From: Eledone cirrhosa
Lineage: Eukaryota
Reading direction: 5' to 3'
DNA: 64,000 bases
NCBI GenBank assembly: GCA_964016885.1
Contig: OZ024740.1
Coordinates: 79,174,001 to 79,238,000 of the forward strand
Shown: positions 57,060 through 64,000 of the stretch, piece after piece
How positions within the stretch are numbered: the first letter of the stretch is position 1
Layout: the number at the start of each line of letters is the position of its first letter
Translations under genes and position numbers: made by a program
Notes under the pieces: model-generated
Told to the model about the DNA's origin: nothing
The model's database searches: none
Seen by the model: only the letters and a program-made list of their open reading frames with translations

Positions 57060-57234
57060 TGGGAAAGTCAATTAAATCGACCCAGTGCTTCCTGGTACTT
57101 TATTTTATCGACCCCGTAAGGATGAACGGCAAAGCTAACCTCGGCGGCATTTTAACTCAGAACGTAAAGTGCCGTATTTCTATGCCGCGAAGCATTTGGT
57201 CCAACACTCTACCGATTCTGCCAATCCACCGCCC
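57060..57234 (-). mobile_element. tRNA-derived SINE (lacking 3' tail)
   Basis: On the minus strand: GGCGGTGGATTGGCAGAATCGG (A box), a degenerate B box, and the central CCGAGGTTAGCTTTGCC.TTCATCCTTACGGGGTCGATAAAATAAAGTACCAG domain. Confidence 0.88.
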
Positions 57235-57875
57235 TAGTCACTGTCAATAATGAAAAAGATATTAAAAGCGGTCCATTTCTCCCTCTCCCTTTCTTTAGAA
57301 GAAATCAACTGTGTTCAGATATGAAAGGAATGGGTTCCACCCAGACACACTGTATGTCACAGTTGTACATGTATAATGCCATCAGGGGTTCAGTTCCCAT
57401 GGATACATGGATATATTTACTGGTTTGATTTCAATGATAGTGTTGTGTAACAACGACTTTCCTCAATCTCAACCAAATGTTAATAATATTGATAAAGATC
57501 AATATTTCTACTATGCTGCCCTATCGATTACTGAAGACATCAGTAAAACGCCCACTAAAAAAAAGTTTCCCGGACAATTATCAATAAATTCATCAAACAA
57601 TCTAATTATCTATTATCGATCTCTGCTGCAGTTCGGCTACAATCTTCTACAGTTTCTGAATACATCACGGGGGCCATGTCATATGGTTTTTTTTTCAACA
57701 ATTCTGTTGGTGGTTTACCCTTTTTTTTTCTTTCTAGTTTATTCAGAAGATAAGTTAGAACGTCAGATGTTTGATAGTATTTGTTCCGGCTCATTGCGCT
57801 GTGGGTCAACTTTGGTCAACTTTGCCTACCCTGTCTTTTTTCTCACTCCCCTCTCTCTTTCTCCCCCTCTCTCTT

Positions 57876-57878
<3 letters not shown>

Positions 57879-57953
<75 letters not shown>

Positions 57954-57966
57954 TTCTATCTATCTC
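57879..57966. repeat. (TC)n followed by (TATC)n compound microsatellite
   Basis: Direct reading. It explains the LSLSLS ORFs at 57407, 57771 and 57781. Confidence 0.97.
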
Positions 57967-58174
57967 TGTTCAAACCTGGCGAATAAGGGGCTCTATTAAG
58001 TTTAGTTCCCCGGGAGGGCACCCCTACAACTTCATCAAGAGTTCAGGCCTTACAGATTAATAGACACTCAATTTTGCTAATTTTCATTAATAAACACATT
58101 TAGCCAGAAATGTTTAATTGTTGGCAATTTATCTATAACCATACACTGTCTCAATCAATACCTTAGTTAATTTG

Positions 58175-58304
<130 letters not shown>

Positions 58305-58364
58305 CGTTAACCTAATATATTCCTTCCATATACTGTACCGATTGTGTTGTTATTTCTGTTTACC

Positions 58365-58368
<4 letters not shown>

Positions 58369-58406
<38 letters not shown>

Positions 58407-58423
58407 ACACACATATATATATA
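58369..58423. repeat. (AC)n(AT)n microsatellite
   Basis: Direct reading. Confidence 0.95.
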
Positions 58424-58439
58424 CATAGGACTAACTTCA

Positions 58440-58550
58440 GCCTAGCTTCCGTCAACCAATATCATTCACAAGACATTGGTTAACCCGACGCTATTGTATG
58501 AAACTCATACATAGGTACCGTGAAATAGGATCAAGCGTGGAATCTCAAGT
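58440..58550 (-). mobile_element. Probable diverged fragment of a second SINE-like family
   Basis: CTTCCGTCAACCAAT..CA.TCACAAGAC.TTGGT...CCCGA.GCTAT.GTA.GA resembles an abundant octopus interspersed repeat that usually lies next to (CA)/(TA) tracts. Recalled, not searched. Confidence 0.45.
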
Positions 58551-58608
58551 CTCCAAACCTAATTTCAAAACTACAAAGCTATGTTTTTGCCGTAATTATT
58601 TACATTTC

Positions 58609-58710
58609 TTTGCATTCTAAGTTCAAATCTCGTCTGGATCATCTTTGTCTTTGCTTTTCAGCCTTTCATCTTTGATAAAATAAAATACTAGTCAAGTATT
58701 GAAGATCATT
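58609..58710 (+). mobile_element. Degenerate tRNA-SINE internal fragment
   Basis: TTCTAAGTTCAAATC (B box)..GCCTTTCATC..GATAAAATAAAATACTAG matches the reverse complement of the other SINE copies. Confidence 0.6.
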
Positions 58711-59209
58711 TAGTTAAACGTGGCACAATCTTGTCCAAATGGTTTCCATTTGTGTGCTGCGAGTTTTTAAAGTGAGTCGCTAAATGCCAGGATATTTAGT
58801 AACTTTGGGTGTTTTTAATGCTCCACACTGTTACAAAAATCTGCAATGCTTGTACCACCCATCTTTATCTTAATGCGATTATTTCTATGATGCATTCTTT
58901 GAAAAGATAACGATGCGCCATAGCACCATTCAAAATTGAAATATTTAAATACTTGCTTTTTTTATTGAATTGATTTTATGCAATACTCTGGAATATTGAA
59001 AGATTTACGTCATTATTTGTTAATCTTATGCGTAAATTAAATTGCCTCAACAGTTGCAAACTATTGCGAGATATAGCTTACTGCCTATTTATCACATATT
59101 TTCAGATCGAGAATTCGAAATTATAGCTGTAAATACACTTCTTCTTCTCTTCTTCACCCACTTCAAACACTCCTTTCAGAACTGTTTGTGCATCCCTAGA
59201 CAGCTCGCA

Positions 59210-59470
59210 GGCCCAACGCCAGTTTTTACGGCATGAAATGAAATTTTAGAGGTTGGCAGGTCTGAAACAGAGAGTCAAATATTTAATATTCCTGTTATGC
59301 CAGCTATTTTATGGCTTGCGGTCGTCTTTGTCAAATGCTTTGGCGAAATCAAGATATACACAATTAAAACTTGCGAAAAAAAACTCTTCAGAATTTGATT
59401 GTATTGTTGAAGTTGTGTCAAGCTGTTTCTTCCGAAGCGGAAACCGGGCGGAATATTTTAAAGAGGTTCT
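59210..59470 (-). mobile_element. CR1/L2-group LINE reverse transcriptase fragment (decayed)
   Basis: Minus-strand translation gives PGFRFGRNSLTQLQQYNQILK...CVYLDFAKAFDK...GITG, matching the RT motifs QHGFR.GRSC.TQL and D.IYLDF.KAFD. Frameshifted. Confidence 0.7.
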
Positions 59471-60016
59471 GCTTTACTCTTTGCTAAATAGTATTTTAGC
59501 TATTTATATATGGTTTTCTATGATGTTTTTTTTTAACTAAGTTGAACACTTACGCGTTATTTTCTGCCATGTACTACCTACAATAGATGATAAAACAATA
59601 GACGTCAATAAAATACTTCATGGAGTTGTTATAAAAACCAGAGACATGAAGCCGCCATTTCACCAAAACCGTCTTTCAATTTGCCATAGACATTCATTTT
59701 TCACATATCTTCACCTTAATGTGTACAAATGCAACCAAGCATTATTACAGATTCAATTAATGCATGATCTCTAGCTCAACGATACTTAGCGACAAAAACA
59801 AAACTGACTTGTGACATCCTATGGTTTACAAATGGGAACATTCACGTTCATTATATACTCACACATATTGCTAGAAACAATTTACGACTCAAGTTAAAAC
59901 AGTTCTAAATGCCACCGTTCTGATCCTGTAATGATTACTTGCATTTTTTCTTTAAAACTTTGGACAGACAACACCTAAAACTATTGCTAGCTTCCTCTTC
60001 GCAACATAGTAAAATA

Positions 60017-60204
60017 GTTGTTTCTATTTTAGGCACAAGGCCAGCAATTACCCAGTACATTACTTGTACTTTATTTTATCTACCCCGTAAGGATGAAAGG
60101 CAAATTTAACCTCGGCGGGATTTGAACTCAGATCATAAAGGGACGTAACTCTTTGCTTCAAAGCATGGTGTCCGACTCTCTACCGATACTGCCAATCAAC
60201 CGCC
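60017..60204 (-). mobile_element. tRNA-derived SINE with 12-bp target-site duplication
   Basis: A box and B box (TGAGTTCAAATCCC on the minus strand). CATAGTAAAATA flanks it at 60005-60016 and 60205-60216. Confidence 0.92.
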
Positions 60205-60634
60205 CATAGTAAAATAATATTTAATAAACAAGCTTTCCAGCATTGATATAAGCTTTCACGAAATCAATATAACGCGCTGCAGATGAATTTTATTAACCAA
60301 ATCTGATTTGTTATATAATATTTCTTATCTTGCAGTATCATTATATAATCTGGTCGTAATTTGTTTTCAAATCCAATAATACACACACAGAAATATAGAT
60401 TAAATTAGGTCGATGTAGTCTAAAGTCTTTATGTTTATTTTGAGAAATGCTTATGCGAGACTAATAAATTCAGCATGGCAACACAATACACACTCTGATA
60501 ACACCCACTGTATGGAACACAACATAACACAACTAGCATTGTCCTGCAATTTTCATTAATATTTCAGTGATTAAGCCTTTAATATTTCAGTGATTCAGCC
60601 TTTATATGCTGTATCATGGTTTCGAGGAAGAGAA

Positions 60635-61660
60635 TAACCAAGAGAAGTCCAGAACTCTCTGTGAGAACCAAAAACTAGAACTTACAAGGAAGTTAAAAGC
60701 TGATGTTTTGGTGGTGAGAGATTTTGAGATTGGTGAGAGTATGAGGTTAAAAAGCAAATAATTTCCGACATACGACATTTTCCTTGGGATATAATGTTGA
60801 TACAAAGCCATCATCTGTGAAAGGAAGTGTATGTGAGATACAAAAGATACAAATCCAAAGGATGCAGTGATGATGGGGTTCATTTATCAACGACCCTGGT
60901 TAACAACCTCTGTAGTGTACTGTAATCAGAGTACTGTTGCTAAGCTAGCTCGGAATATGTGCATCTAGAATTTTGAAGGTAGCGACGAGATATTGCTATT
61001 TAGGAGTCGCCATGGAATAGGTGATCAAATTACTTATAGTGAAGCAGATAACGCCCCAACAGAGGAAGTCATATCCTTCAGAAAAAGGTTAAATAACTTG
61101 CGAAGGACACTTCATTTCCCAAGCTTATTACGGGGATAAATAAAAGTTGTATTGGTGGTCACTATTCCAGATTATCTTGTGAAGCACACCTCATTACCCA
61201 AGCTTATTACAGAGAAGATTCTAAGTTATATTGGTGGTTACTATTCCGGAATAAGTGGTGAAGGAGACCTCATTTCCCAAGCTTATTACGGGGATGAAGC
61301 TAGGTTGCATATCCAAACTATTAAGTATGAAGCCTCCACACATAGTCCGAAAAGAAAGTTTTTCGACGTTAGGTTGTGCGAATGCAGATGGTATGACTTT
61401 TTAATGTTTAATGGTAATAGATAGTTAAGCACGTTCGTGAGTTTTGAAAAACTTAATGCAATGTATTATCACCATTACAAAATGTCGTGGTTCAATAACA
61501 TCTTTAAAGATTGCTTTTGCTCGCATTTCTTTCCTGCATAACTACCGAAAAGATATTTTCAAACATTCTACTGATGAGGTGAAAGTGGTATTAATGTTGA
61601 ATAATGTCCCTACTCACCCAGATAGGCATCAGTTTTTCCATAATGATGGGGGCATGTACT
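60635..61660 (+). mobile_element. Fragmentary pogo/Tigger (CENP-B/Jerky-like) DNA transposase fossil, interrupted by unrelated sequence
   Basis: N-terminal HTH-like KSRTLCENQKLELTRKLKADV and EYEVKKQIISDIR at about 60645-60775. DDE_1-like EVKVVLMLNNVPTHPD...NDG (cf. K.LL.LDNAP.HP) at about 61575-61650. TIRs were not located. Confidence 0.6.
61102..61297. repeat. 79-bp tandem repeat, about 2.5 diverged copies
   Basis: GAAG(G/C)A.AC.TCATT.CCCAAGCTTATTAC starts at 61102, 61181 and 61260. Confidence 0.85.
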
Positions 61661-61665
61661 TGGTA

Positions 61666-61835
61666 TCTTCTTCTTCTTCTTCTTCTTCTTCTTCTTGGGA
61701 CAAAGTCCTCAAGCACTCCTTCCAGCAGATCTAGTCAGAAGCAACTGTCTCCAATGTATCCGGCTGGATCCCCGAAACCAGCCGAGCTCATGGATGTTGT
61801 CCAAACTTCTTGCTCGGGGACTACTGGAGCGACTC
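61666..61835 (-). mobile_element. 5'-truncated RTE-clade LINE 3' end with (GAA)n tail
   Basis: Minus-strand translation gives PRARSLDNIHELGWFR/GIQPDTLETVASD*ICWKECLRTL, which resembles the RTE C-terminus GRPR.RW.D.I..L.W..LGI....LE.VA..R..W...L..L. It is followed by (GAA)~10 at 61666-61696. Confidence 0.7.
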
Positions 61836-61933
61836 ATTCTCTGACTTGTCTACAAAAGCTGATGTTCAACAGTAATATCAACATGTTAGAGCCATAAGAA
61901 TTCATTATACGGAAGCAACAACAACATATCTCA

Positions 61934-61952
61934 TTATTATTATTATTATTAT
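61934..61952. repeat. (ATT)n microsatellite
   Basis: Direct reading. Confidence 0.85.
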
Positions 61953-62199
61953 ACTAAACTGAAATTGACACATCCCTGAAACCAATTCGTCACAATATAT
62001 TGACAGCTGTTAAGCTTGCTGGTGATATTGACGATCGACCGGTTAGCGACACATTTTGTCTTCATTCATCTCAGATTTCTGTGTGTGAGATGCTGGAACC
62101 AGTGGTGCGTCCTAGCTTTAATAACACATAATGACAAGGTATCGTGTCTACCTCTACCGTCATCACCACCACATCAAATATTTACCACAGGTAAATAAT

Positions 62200-62402
62200 G
62201 ATTTCTAGTATAGGCACAAGGCAAGTAATTTGTGGGGAGGGGAAAGTCGATTAAATCGACTGGTGCTTTATTTTATCGACCCCGTAAAGATGAAAGGCAG
62301 AGTTAACCTCGGCGGGATTTGAACTCAGACCGTAAAGGACTGTAACTCTATGCTGCAAAGCATGGTGTCCGACTTTCTACCGATACTGCCAATCCACCGC
62401 CC
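62200..62402 (-). mobile_element. Full-length tRNA-derived SINE with 17-bp target-site duplication
   Basis: Minus strand: GGCGGTGGATTGGCAGTATCGG (A box), GAGTTCAAATCCC (B box), central CCTTTCATC...GGGGTCGATAAAATAAAG domain, 3' end ...CTAGAAATC. TACCACAGGTAAATAAT flanks it at 62183-62199 and 62403-62419. Confidence 0.94.
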
Positions 62403-62449
62403 TACCACAGGTAAATAATATTAACAATCTACGTTATTCATTATTTAAA

Positions 62450-63659
62450 TATTACATTGTATAATGTCAACATATAGGCGGTGAATTGGCAGAGTCGTGA
62501 GAACTATTACATTGTATAATGTCAACATATAGGCGGTGAATTGGCAGAGTCGTGAGAACTATTACATTGTATAATGTCAACATATAGGCGGTGAATTGGC
62601 AGAGTCGTGAGAACTATTACATTGTATAATGTCAACATATAGGCGGTGAATTGGCAGAGTCGTGAGAACTATTACATTGTATAATGTCAACATATAGGCG
62701 GTGAATTGGCAGAGTCGTGAGAACTATTACATTGTATAATGTCAACATATAGGCGGTGAATTGGCAGAGTCGTGAGAACTATTACATTGTATAATGTCAA
62801 CATATAGGCGGTGAATTGGCAGAGTCGTGAGAACTATTACATTGTATAATGTCAACATATAGGCGGTGAATTGGCAGAGTCGTGAGAACTATTACATTGT
62901 ATAATGTCAACATATAGGCGGTGAATTGGCAGAGTCGTGAGAACTATTACATTGTATAATGTCAACATATAGGCGGTGAATTGGCAGAGTCGTTAGAACT
63001 ATTACATTGTATAATGTCAACATATAGGCGGTGAATTGGCAGAGTCGTTAGAACTATTACATTGTATAATGTCAACATATAGGCGGTGAATTGGCAGAGT
63101 CGTTAGAACTATTACATTGTATAATGTCAACATATAGGCGGTGAATTGGCAGAGTCGTTAGAACTATTACATTGTATAATGTCAACATATAGGCGGTGAA
63201 TTGGCAGAGTCGTTAGAACTATTACATTGTATAATGTCAACATATAGGCGGTGAATTGGCAGAGTCGTGAGAACTATTACATTGTATAATGTCAACATAT
63301 AGGCGGTGAATTGGCAGAGTCGTTAGAACTATTACATTGTATAATGTCAACATATAGGCGGTGAATTGGCAGAGTCGTGAGAACTATTACATTGTATAAT
63401 GTCAACATATAGGCGGTGAATTGGCAGAGTCGTTAGAACTATTACATTGTATAATGTCAACATATAGGCGGTGAATTGGCAGAGTCGTTAGAACTATTAC
63501 ATTGTATAATGTCAACATATAGGCGGTGAATTGGCAGAGTCGTTAGAACTATTACATTGTATAATGTCAACATATAGGCGGTGAATTGGCAGAGTCGTGA
63601 GAACTATTACATTGTATAATGTCAACATATAGGCGGTGAATTGGCAGAGTCGTTAGAAC
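62450..63659 (+). repeat. 22 x 55-bp near-perfect tandem array (TATTACATTGTATAATGTCAACATATAGGCGGTGAATTGGCAGAGTCGT(G/T)AGAAC)
   Basis: 1210 bp = exactly 22 units. Only one variable site (G/T) was seen. Confidence 0.98.
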
Positions 63660-63762
63660 GTGATAGAATGCTTTGTAGTATTAGTTTCTGTTCAAAGTCC
63701 GCTTTGCCTTTTATCCATTCAAGGTCGATAAAAAAAGTACCAGTCTAGTACTGCGGTAGACT
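63632..63762 (+). mobile_element. tRNA-derived SINE whose 5' head is the last unit of the 55-bp array
   Basis: GGCGGTGAATTGGCAGAGTCGTTAGAAC (A box) continues into GTTCAAAGTCC (B box) and CTTTGCCTTTTATCCATTCAAGGTCGATAAAAAAAGTACCAG. Confidence 0.85.
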
Positions 63763-64000
63763 CTTTCTGTATATCCTTTTCTCTCCTCTGGAAGAAATCT
63801 GCTGTATTCAGACCTGGAGAGGAGATGGGTTTCACCAGGTTTTTAAAATGCCCTAAAAATGCTATATGTCAATACGGCACACTTATGACTCCCTCAGGAG
63901 TTACAGGTCCATACATACAATGTTAATATATATTAAAGAGTTTTATGTAATTATAAGATGTATACAAAATGCTCTGTGTTTTTCATTGTGTTCGACACAG

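Noticed and set aside
57407-58060. 217-aa ORF and overlapping ORFs
   Set aside because: Their length is inflated by the stop-free (TC)n/(TATC)n tract and no domain is recognisable.
61571-61585. CTGATGA..GAAA hammerhead-like core
   Set aside because: Only 3 nt separate the two motifs, so there is no stem II, no flanking stems were found, and it lies within the transposase remnant.
62200-62402. tRNA gene
   Set aside because: The A and B boxes belong to a SINE head with a body, tail and TSD, and no cloverleaf is evident.

Overview
AT-rich, non-genic eukaryotic (metazoan) DNA. The tRNA-derived SINE family and the microsatellite load suggest a cephalopod such as Octopus; this is an inference from remembered repeat families, not a search. 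Bases 1-~53,940 are one uninterrupted satellite array of about 1,000 monomers of a 54-bp unit (51/54/57-bp variants), cut off by the left window edge. It is organised into nested higher-order duplications of about 0.1, 0.3, 1.07, 1.94, 2.73, 3.56, 4-4.5 and 19 kb. The 54-mer is a diverged dimer of a ~27-28-bp unit, and a simple 28-bp form survives at the array's right edge. The last 10 kb is a transposon graveyard: two decayed R4/Dong-type (RLE) non-LTR retrotransposons, about 6 copies of one tRNA-SINE family (two with clear TSDs), CR1-like and RTE LINE fragments, a pogo/Tigger transposase fossil, and microsatellites. It also holds a very young 22 x 55-bp array that amplified a SINE 5' head (Pol III A box) together with its flank. 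No intact protein-coding gene or CRISPR array is supported. The supplied ORFs are almost all repeat artefacts or TE remnants.
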